Positions 1 to 7,536 are shown, numbered from the stretch's first letter. The stretch: DNA of 14,527 nucleotides from Candidatus Nanohaloarchaea archaeon (GCA_047617745.1 JBLGBN010000020.1:1-14527); one strand, 5' to 3'. Notes: generated by a model from the letters alone, not told the origin. Translations and numbers: made by a program.

Positions 1-370
1 AGTCTTCAATCCCTCTACTGATATTCTCATAAGCTATTTCATCGTCAATAGCACCGTATTTATGCGCTAAAGCATTTCTAAAACCTTTCATATCTTTCAG
101 CTTTTCGGAAAGAGAATCAGTTATTATCCCTTCTTCAGCAGCTAACTCCGGAAAACTTTCCTCCTCATCAGGCACTCCAAGGTTCTCTTCTTTAACAATT
201 AGAGCACATATATCGTAGGCGGATTGAATGGCTATCTCAACATTCTTGTATATTCCATCTTTTTCCAGCGCCATACCCTCAAACTCCTCAAAGCTCTCTG
301 GTAAATTATCTTCAACTTTTTCAAGAGCTAAATCCATTTCACGCAGTTTCTCTCTTATCCGTGCCTTCAT
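1..370 (-). CDS. HEPN-domain RNase toxin (DUF86/HepT-like), 3' end runs off the window
   Basis: Not in the ORF track; translated by hand from ATG at 370: MKARIREKLREMDLALEKVEDNLPESFEEFEGMALEKDGIYKNVEIAIQSAYDICALIVKEENLGVPDEEESFPELAAEEGIITDSLSEKLKDMKGFRNALAHKYGAIDDEIAYENISRGIED... Contains the HEPN R-X4-H-X-Y motif (RNALAHKY) and starts 2 nt after the MNT stop codon. Confidence 0.9.
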   Translation of the reverse strand, partial: MKARIREKLREMDLALEKVEDNLPESFEEFEGMALEKDGIYKNVEIAIQSAYDICALIVKEENLGVPDEEESFPELAAEEGIITDSLSEKLKDMKGFRNALAHKYGAIDDEIAYENISRGIED

Positions 371-372
371 TC

Positions 373-732
373 TTAAGCACCTATAGCAGTCTTGTAAAGC
401 CTCTCATAGCTTTCAAACTCTCTAATAGTCTCATAGGCTTTATCGTAAACCTTATCCCCCTTTTTGTGGATTAATTTCCCAGATAAAACTTCCTTCCTTA
501 CCTGCAGTGGAAGCGCCTCAAACACTGAGATATCTACCTTTTCCGGAACTCTACCCTTTAGCCTGTACTCAGCTTTCTCCGGCTCCTCCACCTCAAGAGA
601 AACGCAGATATCAATATCATTAGCTGATTCCGGATCATCCAGATAAGAGCCGAAGACATAGATAAAATTAACACTATCTGTATCCAGACCTGCCTCTTCA
701 ACAGCTTCAAAAACAGTTTCGGTAAAATCCAT
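373..732 (-). CDS. Minimal nucleotidyltransferase (MNT/MntA-like antitoxin)
   Basis: 119 aa; Pol-beta-like motif YVFGS...DID (GSYLDDPESANDID), third carboxylate in KVDIS, and LPLQVRKEVL..GKLI typical of MNTs; directly upstream of a HEPN gene. Confidence 0.9.
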   Translation of the reverse strand: MDFTETVFEAVEEAGLDTDSVNFIYVFGSYLDDPESANDIDICVSLEVEEPEKAEYRLKGRVPEKVDISVFEALPLQVRKEVLSGKLIHKKGDKVYDKAYETIREFESYERLYKTAIGA

Positions 733-753
733 AGTAAGGTATTGTTTCTCAAC

Positions 754-763
754 AAATATAATT
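754..763 (-). promoter_or_regulatory. Putative TATA box for a leaderless MNT-HEPN transcript
   Basis: Minus strand reads AATTATATTT about 22-31 nt upstream of the ATG at 732, the same spacing as the other TATA-ATG pairs in the window. Confidence 0.5.
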
Positions 764-766
764 CTG

Positions 767-777
767 GCTACAAATAA
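767..777 (+). repeat. Left arm of an 11-bp inverted repeat (GCTACAAATAA) bracketing the fibre gene
   Basis: Exact reverse complement of 4305-4315 (TTATTTGTAGC). Function unknown. Confidence 0.6.
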
Positions 778-780
778 GGG

Positions 781-788
781 AAAAAGAA
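781..788 (-). terminator. Putative oligo-T archaeal terminator of the fibre gene
   Basis: Minus strand reads TAG-TTCTTTTT immediately after the stop codon at 789. Confidence 0.4.
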
Positions 789-3700
789 CTATTCCAACTT
801 AACAATTATCTCAGATTCTCCATTCGAATTTTCTAACGCCCGACCGATTGTCGAGTCTCGACATTTTCTGTTCTCCTCACTAACCTGCTTGTACTCATCA
901 AATGTCTCAGTCTCGTTGAGCGGCTGGATCTCACATCTCATAGCTTTTCCATTCTCTGAAGCCGGAGCAACTCGGTCACCGATCTCGATCTCTCCATTTT
1001 CTTCTGAAACTTTGACAGGTACTTTACCTTCAAGGGCGATTGGATGGCCGTTCTTCTCCTCATCCGTATTCATAACCTGCCCCGGATCAGTCGAAACAAC
1101 TCCGAAAGCAGTCTCCTGGAACTTCTGCGAAGACCTAACCGCTCGGTTCTCTTTATCTTCATCTACTGCAACTACTTCAGCCTCCTCCAAGTTCTGTGGA
1201 CTCTGGTAGAACTCCGCCAGGTCAGCACCGTTAGTGTAGATATCGCCGGTTACTCGGAGATCATATGCATGGTGTTCCAAACTTCCTAAAGTGACCGTAA
1301 AGCTGTGATTCGAAATAGCCTGCTCACCAATAGCTACTGAACCCTCTTTGGTCGCTTTTGCCCCTAGACCCATAGCACCACTTCTCGAACCGGACGCATT
1401 TGCATTATCGGCTATTGCATAAGAATCATCTCCGAATGCAACACTACTATACCCTAAAGCCGTTCCTTCTCTCCTAGCGATACTATTAGCACCAATTGCT
1501 ACACCTGACCTATCTGAAGCTAAAGAAGCCTGGCCAATAGCGATCGCCTGCGATTCAGAAGCATTAGCATCTACTCCTAAGGCAAGTGACCCGAAAGAAC
1601 CAGAAGCTGAAGAACCTTCACCTATAACCACCTGATCTGCGTTATTTGTCGAAGTACCTGAACCGATTTCTACTGCTCCAGAGGTTCCAATTTTTCCAAC
1701 ATCTGTTATTTCCTGTCCTCCTGCCGAGTTATTTTCGTTAAGTACATCTGCTAGTCCGGATGCTCCTCCCGCTGATCCTCCTTCACCCGGCAGCCAGAGC
1801 TGGCCGTCAACTTTCAGATCCTGACTGATCGTCACATTCCCATTTGCTTCATCGGTGATATTGTTTCCTCGAAGATCAAGATTGCCGGTCATGTAGCCGC
1901 TTCCATCTGTGTTAAGGTAATTTGTGTTAGCGTATCCTAGTGTCATTGCGTCGTTCGAAGCGGTAGGATTCGCGATGTTTTCTATCTTGTTATTGTCCAT
2001 GTCAATGCTCTGGTTGGCTACATCGCCTTCAGCTAGGACCTGTGAAAGGTTCTGGGATCCAGTAATACCTGATCCTCCTTCGCTTTGCTCGCTTTCTGGC
2101 GTCCAGACTGTTCCGTAAACTTTGAGATCTTGATTTATTGTTACGTTTCCTCTTCCGCTGTCAGTGAGATTATTATTATTCAGATCGAGATTGCTGGAAG
2201 GGTTAATATTTCCGTTCGAGTCTAGATCATTCGCATCGCTCCAAGCAACACTTAAAGTATCTCCGTCTGAGATGGTTGATGGACTGATACCGTCTCCTCC
2301 TGATAAGGATGTAGGATCCGAAGTCGCTCCGCAGCTGCCGTCACCAAGCAGTGCCTGAGTGGAATCACAGCCTGCGACACCGCCAACATCAATGTTTCCT
2401 GAGACAGTTAAACCTCCGTTAGGAACTTCAACGCTACCATCTCCAAGAGTGAGTTGTCCTGTAGAATCGATAACTCGTCCGCCCTGAACATCTACATCTC
2501 CTGCGAAGTATGCATTATTCCATTTCATCGAACTGCTTCCAATGTTTTGGTCTGCATCTCTGTCAGGGATTATGCTTCCGTTTAACTGCTGGGCGTTGAT
2601 CGTGTTAACGTCCCCAGGGAAGTTAAGGCTTCCATCGAAGTAAATATTGCCGTTTGAATCAACTGAGAACCCTGATTGAGTGCCATCTCCTACACTGCCT
2701 CCTGCTACATCTAAAGATCCGAGATCGATGTTGACCGAGTTATCGATATCTCCGTTACCTACAGAGTTATCTGTTATTTCGCCATTAGTTCCTAGATCTG
2801 TGGCTTGATCAAAGTTTACAACATTACCTGACGAGTCCAAGTCGTCTGCAGCTGAGAAATCATCTATTGTTCCTCCAGAACCTAAGTCATTAGCATCCTG
2901 CCAGTTAACATTCCAGGTATATGCTGTTGTTCCATCATATGTCGACCCTGAGATACTTGAACCTGTACTTAGACCTGCGTCACCCACATCTCCCGGGGAA
3001 ACATCCGACTTCGCTATATTCAGATCGGACCATGAAATCGACCCTGCCTGAACGTTAAAGTTTTCCGTTGATGTGTCATAGTTCAGGTAAGATCCAGCAG
3101 TATTGGAAAGATCAACATTTCTAACATTTCCAAGGCCTACATCGGACTTAGTAACATCACTCTGATCTATTGCCAGATTACTCCAGTCCAAACTGTAGGA
3201 ATCGGTTTCATCTAGTTCAGTTGACGTTATACCTCCAGTTCCAATATCCAGAGTCACATAGCCTCCATTATCTGTGTAGGTTATCGGAGAATTAGTCCTT
3301 AGAACTCCTGATCCACTGCCGGCACCTATATACCCTGGGCTAGCCCCTGAATCCACAGCAACCTGCTCGTCAACTGTTGTTCCTGTGTCGTCGGTAGCGC
3401 AGTTCACGCTACCATCTGCGTTGATGCTCTCTACATACTCTCCAGAAGCGCAGCTGCCAAAGAAGTTAGAGGAGGAATCATCACTGTAAATACCCGAAAC
3501 ACCATCAATATTGTTATTACCTAGGCCTAGATCTCCTTCATCATTATCATTGTCAAATACATACTGTTCGACATCCGTTTCCCCTAGGTTAGTATTTTCA
3601 TCGTTTGAATCAACGTAGCTTTTAGGGACCGCATCGTCGCTGTCCGCTGGACTTGGTAGACCTGTAATAACGTTGCTGTTCATATTCAGATTGGAATCTG

Positions 3701-4253
3701 CGGCTCCAAGATCGGAGACATTGACTTCCCACTGGTTCATAGATGTGTCCGACCAGTCAATGGTGCTTGGATCAACGTTTAATGTCGCTGAACCGCCTAG
3801 AGAAACTTTTCCTCCGCCTGTAAGATAGTTTCCAGAACTGTATGTAACGCTGTCATCCTCAAGCTCTGCATTTCCAACGGCTCCATCCGCAATATTATCT
3901 TGATTCACTATATCAGAACCTTCTAGATTTCCAACCTCTTTCAGATTGTTTCCGTTCAAGCTCAGATTCGAATTCTGGATTTCCCATTCCCCATTTGGGT
4001 AATCCAATCTTAGTTTATTCAGCCCACCTTCACCGGAAATCGTATGATCATCTAAAACAAGACCATCATTTCCAGAACCATCATTAAGCCGGAGCTCAGA
4101 AAGATTTTCGACCGCATAATCCGCCATATCTAGATCAGTATCAACCGGATTGATCTGGCTTAAAGGATGCCTTGGGTCAGGTGATGCCGCCAGTGAAACT
4201 AATCCGAGAATCAGGACTGTGAATATAACTAGTTTATATTTGTTCTTCGAGAC
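789..4253 (-). CDS. Large secreted fibre/adhesin-like protein with YadA-head-like repeats and a C-terminal intramolecular-chaperone (peptidase G2-like) domain; start uncertain (first ATG at 4127)
   Basis: 1112 aa from ATG 4127, but the frame is open to 4304 and encodes a signal peptide (SKNKYKLVIFTVLILGLVSLAAS). G/D/S/N-rich body with fibre motifs (ITGLPSPADSDDAVPKSYVD, VTKSDVGLGNVRN); ~14-aa xAIG repeats at ~1281-1640; GADLAE...FGVVSTDP...PIALEGKVPVKVSEENGEIEIGD...GKAM at 792-1229. Confidence 0.8.
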   Translation of the reverse strand, partial: VSKNKYKLVIFTVLILGLVSLAASPDPRHPLSQINPVDTDLDMADYAVENLSELRLNDGSGNDGLVLDDHTISGEGGLNKLRLDYPNGEWEIQNSNLSLNGNNLKEVGNLEGSDIVNQDNIADGAVGNAELEDDSVTYSSGNYLTGGGKVSLGGSATLNVDPSTIDWSDTSMNQWEVNVSDLGAADSNLNMNSNVITGLPSPADSDDAVPKSYVDSNDENTNLGETDVEQYVFDNDNDEGDLGLGNNNIDGVSGIYSDDSSSNFFGSCASGEYVESINADGSVNCATDDTGTTVDEQVAVDSGASPGYIGAGSGSGVLRTNSPITYTDNGGYVTLDIGTGGITSTELDETDSYSLDWSNLAIDQSDVTKSDVGLGNVRNVDLSNTAGSYLNYDTSTENFNVQAGSISWSDLNIAKSDVSPGDVGDAGLSTGSSISGSTYDGTTAYTWNVNWQDANDLGSGGTIDDFSAADDLDSSGNVVNFDQATDLGTNGEITDNSVGNGDIDNSVNIDLGSLDVAGGSVGDGTQSGFSVDSNGNIYFDGSLNFPGDVNTINAQQLNGSIIPDRDADQNIGSSSMKWNNAYFAGDVDVQGGRVIDSTGQLTLGDGSVEVPNGGLTVSGNIDVGGVAGCDSTQALLGDGSCGATSDPTSLSGGDGISPSTISDGDTLSVAWSDANDLDSNGNINPSSNLDLNNNNLTDSGRGNVTINQDLKVYGTVWTPESEQSEGGSGITGSQNLSQVLAEGDVANQSIDMDNNKIENIANPTASNDAMTLGYANTNYLNTDGSGYMTGNLDLRGNNITDEANGNVTISQDLKVDGQLWLPGEGGSAGGASGLADVLNENNSAGGQEITDVGKIGTSGAVEIGSGTSTNNADQVVIGEGSSASGSFGSLALGVDANASESQAIAIGQASLASDRSGVAIGANSIARREGTALGYSSVAFGDDSYAIADNANASGSRSGAMGLGAKATKEGSVAIGEQAISNHSFTVTLGSLEHHAYDLRVTGDIYTNGADLAEFYQSPQNLEEAEVVAVDEDKENRAVRSSQKFQETAFGVVSTDPGQVMNTDEEKNGHPIALEGKVPVKVSEENGEIEIGDRVAPASENGKAMRCEIQPLNETETFDEYKQVSEENRKCRDSTIGRALENSNGESEIIVKLE

Positions 4254-4304
4254 TCTTGATTCACCCTTCAGGTTAATTATTATTGGTTTTGTCTTCGCCC
4301 GTTT

Positions 4305-4315
4305 TTATTTGTAGC
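4305..4315 (-). repeat. Right arm of the 11-bp inverted repeat bracketing the fibre gene
   Basis: TTATTTGTAGC is the reverse complement of 767-777. Confidence 0.6.
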
Positions 4316-4319
4316 TTAG

Positions 4320-4730
4320 TTACTCGACTGCTATCCCTGCGTTGATTCTCTGGACCGGATCCTGCTCCAGATCGACGACTGAATAGTAAACCGACATTTC
4401 AAACTGTCTAACCGTTGATTGCCCAGGTTCAAGTTCAAAATCTTCTGCCCCCTGCTCAAACTCAAGTCTCACTGAGCTATCTGCATTGTTTACGAACCTG
4501 ACTTTCTCCCCCTCTGAAATCATGGGCTGTGCTGGTTCGGCGCTCCACTCAGTTATATTAACAGTTGCAGAGGTATCCGTATAGCTGGAAGATAAAAGGG
4601 TCGGAGCTGCTGTAATAGCTAGTGCTACAAAAACGGATGTCAGCGCTAATGCTGCTATCTTGGTCTTGTCTGGTTTTTCAACCTCGAAATTTTCTCTCAG
4701 CTCCCTGATTTTCTCTTTTTTGTCTTCCAT
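4320..4730 (-). CDS. Membrane-anchored cupredoxin-fold protein lacking copper ligands
   Basis: One TM helix (IAALALTSVFVALAITAAPTLL), then VNITEWSAEPAQPMISEGEKVRFVNNAD...ELEPGQSTVRQF...YY, the plastocyanin/halocyanin strand pattern; no His or Cys in the protein. Confidence 0.6.
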   Translation of the reverse strand: MEDKKEKIRELRENFEVEKPDKTKIAALALTSVFVALAITAAPTLLSSSYTDTSATVNITEWSAEPAQPMISEGEKVRFVNNADSSVRLEFEQGAEDFELEPGQSTVRQFEMSVYYSVVDLEQDPVQRINAGIAVE

Positions 4731-4734
4731 TTTT

Positions 4735-5364
4735 CTAACTTGTCTGGTTAAAGCTGTAATTACAGCCCGTAAACTGTTCCAGCTGCGGAATTGTCTGCAG
4801 TCCTTCAGCTGTCGAGTTGTTGTAGTAGAAAGCCGGTGTCTGTGAAACTCCTAACTGGACTGCTTGCTGCAGAATCTGCTCGTTGTTGACATCCGCATAG
4901 ATATTTGAAACCTGGTTGATGCCTCCTAAAGTCTGAATCTGTGCAACTGTGGCTCTCTGGGTCCGGTTTCCAAACATGACCACGTTCCGGTTCTGAAGGC
5001 ATTCAGAGAACTCTGCTTGAGCTGAAACCTGCTGTTTGAACTGATTGAAATCAGTTAAACCTGATTCCTGTGCTACAAGCTGCCCATCCGGACTCATGTA
5101 GTATGTCGTTAATTGGTTATTCTGATCGCTGACCTGTATCCTGTGAAGCCCATTCCTAGTTTCCACGCTTACCAGCTCCAGATCCTGCCCCGACTGTTGC
5201 TCAAGTGTCGAAACAAGTTCTTCCGCTGCTTCCTGGCCTGTTGGCTCTCCGTAATTCATTCCAAGAAAAACCACAACAGCTCCTATCATAAGCCCTGATA
5301 GCAGGAAAGCAAAAGATTTTCTGTCAATATTCTGAACAGCTTGTCTGGAACTCAAACCTTTCAT
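4735..5364 (-). CDS. Membrane-anchored DsbC-N/thioredoxin-fold protein lacking CXXC
   Basis: N-terminal TM helix; GLHRIQV...YYMSPDGQLV resembles the DsbC/DsbG N-terminal domain; FSECLQNRNVVMFG...GVSQTPAFYYN...EGLQTIPQLEQFTGC resembles the VKOR-associated Trx-like domain, with TQRAT where WCxxC is expected. Confidence 0.65.
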   Translation of the reverse strand: MKGLSSRQAVQNIDRKSFAFLLSGLMIGAVVVFLGMNYGEPTGQEAAEELVSTLEQQSGQDLELVSVETRNGLHRIQVSDQNNQLTTYYMSPDGQLVAQESGLTDFNQFKQQVSAQAEFSECLQNRNVVMFGNRTQRATVAQIQTLGGINQVSNIYADVNNEQILQQAVQLGVSQTPAFYYNNSTAEGLQTIPQLEQFTGCNYSFNQTS

Positions 5365-5383
5365 ACTAGAATAATTATGCGAT

Positions 5384-5410
5384 CTCAGTTTAAAAACTGA
5401 GGTTTAATAA
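5384..5410. promoter_or_regulatory. Divergent promoter pair with an overlapping inverted repeat
   Basis: Minus-strand TTTTTAAA (5396-5389) 24 nt before ATG 5364; plus-strand TTTAATAA (5403-5410) 25 nt before ATG 5436; inverted repeat CTCAGTTT-AA-AAACTGAG at 5384-5401. Confidence 0.6.
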
Positions 5411-5435
5411 TCCGCTGAACACAAATAACAGACAA

Positions 5436-6386
5436 ATGAAGAAGATCGCTCTGGCTCTCCTGATTCTATTAACCACTTCTTCGGTTTCAGCTGATATAGA
5501 GTCCAGTATAAAGTCTGAATGTAGCGAAAGAGAAGTCTCTGTAATATCGATCTCCGATCCTCAGGAAACTTACAGCCACCCAGCTGAACCGGATTATTAC
5601 GATGAAAATCTCTGTATTTCAGGTATTGAAAACTCCCAAATAACAGAGGGGGAATGTGACTCAGCTACAGGGATGCATCTTACAGGGCGCGGAAATGAAT
5701 CACATTTCTCTGTTTTCGACACCTACCGACTAAGTGTCTGCACAGACAGCATGGAGACTCGGGTCGCGCCCTCGGACGGAAGCTGTCGTGAGAACGAGAC
5801 CGCTCTTTTCTCAGTCTCAGGTGAGGACAACGCCCACGTAGCAGCACCAGGAGTCTTTGACCAGAATCTCTGTGGAGGCTACGTAACCCCTGAAAACGTG
5901 TCTCTAAGCATTGAGTTCAACCACAGTTCAAGCGACAATGTTGTTTTCAGCGGAGAAAATGTGGAGGGCGAGCAAACATTTGATACCGCTGACTATCCTT
6001 ACCTGGTTTCGGAAGGAAACTCAATGGTGGCCGGTATTGTTAAATCAGACTTCAGATCGGCGTCTAGAAGGGTAGATGGAGAAAATATCCTTGTAATGAA
6101 GGCTTCTCGAAAAGACTCAACTTTCATACTGCCTTTCACGCAGGGCGGTTCAAGCGATATTCAAAACCGGGAGCAGATGGTGGCAGATGGTGATTTCCTC
6201 AGCGAGGTGAGGCCAAGCTTCGGCTACTTAATACCTGAATCGCCAACAGTTAGGGTTATCTATGATCCTGATATCGACCTGGATTCAAACATCAGCTTCA
6301 GTCCTGGAACGCACCAGTTCGACGCAGTTAAAACCGGTGAAGACGAGGTAGGACTGCTAACACCCGATGAAAGGACAGGCAATTAA
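5436..6386 (+). CDS. Secreted protein with three Cys-bounded His-containing repeats
   Basis: Sec signal MKKIALALLILLTTSSVSA; three ~30-aa units C...[S/A]H...C at 5520-5615, 5655-5741 and 5784-5873; overlaps the next gene by 20 nt. Confidence 0.75.
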   Translation: MKKIALALLILLTTSSVSADIESSIKSECSEREVSVISISDPQETYSHPAEPDYYDENLCISGIENSQITEGECDSATGMHLTGRGNESHFSVFDTYRLSVCTDSMETRVAPSDGSCRENETALFSVSGEDNAHVAAPGVFDQNLCGGYVTPENVSLSIEFNHSSSDNVVFSGENVEGEQTFDTADYPYLVSEGNSMVAGIVKSDFRSASRRVDGENILVMKASRKDSTFILPFTQGGSSDIQNREQMVADGDFLSEVRPSFGYLIPESPTVRVIYDPDIDLDSNISFSPGTHQFDAVKTGEDEVGLLTPDERTGN

Positions 6387-7536
6387 CATAGACTGGGCGG
6401 TAGGACTCTCCCTTTTTATCGTAACCTCGCTGTCCTCAATTGTTTTGATAGGCGGTGCGGACCTTGATCCGTCAAGCTCTCTGGAAAACGTTGAGTTCGA
6501 TGTCCAGCAAGACTTGAGAGAGGAAAGCTCGATTAAAGCCAGACAAAACTACCTTTACACAAACACCCCTAATTCAATTCAGAATATTCCTATAGATAGG
6601 ACATACGTTTACAGCACCGCAGCAGCGAGTTCAATCTCCGACCAGGCATTCTACCTGAACCCAGGCGAAAACCGGTTTATCGGAGTGGTAGATACTCAGG
6701 ATAATTACAGCTTCACATACTTCCCGGAAAATATCACAGAAAACAGTTATTCAACCGATCTGCAGACAGGAAGTAATTGGATTAACAACTCCGTAATATC
6801 AGTTAAAACAGGTTCCTCCGGTGTTAAATCAGTCAAGCTTGGAAGCCGAACCTTCCTGGATGAAATCTTGATAGATGAGACCCAGAACTTAAAGCAGGAA
6901 AAACTGTTTGTAGACGCATTTTCAGGTAATTTAACAGTCTACAATGATTCAGCGGAGTTCCAGGTCAAAGATAAAAATTTTCAAGCCTCCGCCGGTAACT
7001 ACTCAACGCTTTACTGGTACCCGGAAGGCACAGAAAGCCTTGAAGGCCGGACAGGGGAGATAAAGAGCGGCAAAACTCAAGGATTTACTCTGGCGAACAG
7101 TTCTAGAGGTGTTACATTTACAGGAGATCTGGAGGTAGAAATAACAAAGCCGGATGAATCAACGGTTAATCTGGAAATAAACTCAGGCAAAACCCGTGTA
7201 AGACTTCACAACACAGGAACCGGGTTTGGAGAAGAAAGGATTGAGAACCAGGCAGAGGGAAATATATTTTTCGGAGCTGAAAATCACAGGAATATATTTA
7301 GCATAGAGAAACTCGAGGCTCTGGATAATCTGACAGCGGGAGAGTTCGAGCAGAGGCTAAATCTGGAGAATATTGGATACCGGATTAACGTATCCCAAAG
7401 TGGAGAAAACATATTCTTAAGAGGCGGAGAAATCCCTCCTCTTACAGACGCATTCGTCAACAGCCGGATAATTCAGGCAGTATCAAGAAATGGGACAACC
7501 AAACAGGCAGAGATCGAGGTGGGAGTATGGCAATAA
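6367..7536 (+). CDS. Class III signal-peptide (type IV pilin-like) protein, large beta-rich minor pilin candidate
   Basis: MKG|QAINIDWAVGLSLFIVTSLSSIVLIG prepilin-like N-terminus; many N-x-S/T sequons; ends EVGVWQ and overlaps the next start. Confidence 0.7.
   Translation: MKGQAINIDWAVGLSLFIVTSLSSIVLIGGADLDPSSSLENVEFDVQQDLREESSIKARQNYLYTNTPNSIQNIPIDRTYVYSTAAASSISDQAFYLNPGENRFIGVVDTQDNYSFTYFPENITENSYSTDLQTGSNWINNSVISVKTGSSGVKSVKLGSRTFLDEILIDETQNLKQEKLFVDAFSGNLTVYNDSAEFQVKDKNFQASAGNYSTLYWYPEGTESLEGRTGEIKSGKTQGFTLANSSRGVTFTGDLEVEITKPDESTVNLEINSGKTRVRLHNTGTGFGEERIENQAEGNIFFGAENHRNIFSIEKLEALDNLTAGEFEQRLNLENIGYRINVSQSGENIFLRGGEIPPLTDAFVNSRIIQAVSRNGTTKQAEIEVGVWQ

Noticed and set aside
464..2358. 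Short alternative-frame or antisense ORFs (464-646, 558-755, 889-1209, 1044-1289, 1924-2118, 2164-2358)
   Set aside because: They overlap well-supported genes, have Ser/Leu/Phe-rich shadow composition and show no motifs.
789..4253. Provirus interpretation of the tail-fibre-like gene
   Set aside because: No integrase, capsid, terminase or portal gene in the window; the gene has a signal peptide and cellular neighbours. Sequence left of the window is unseen.
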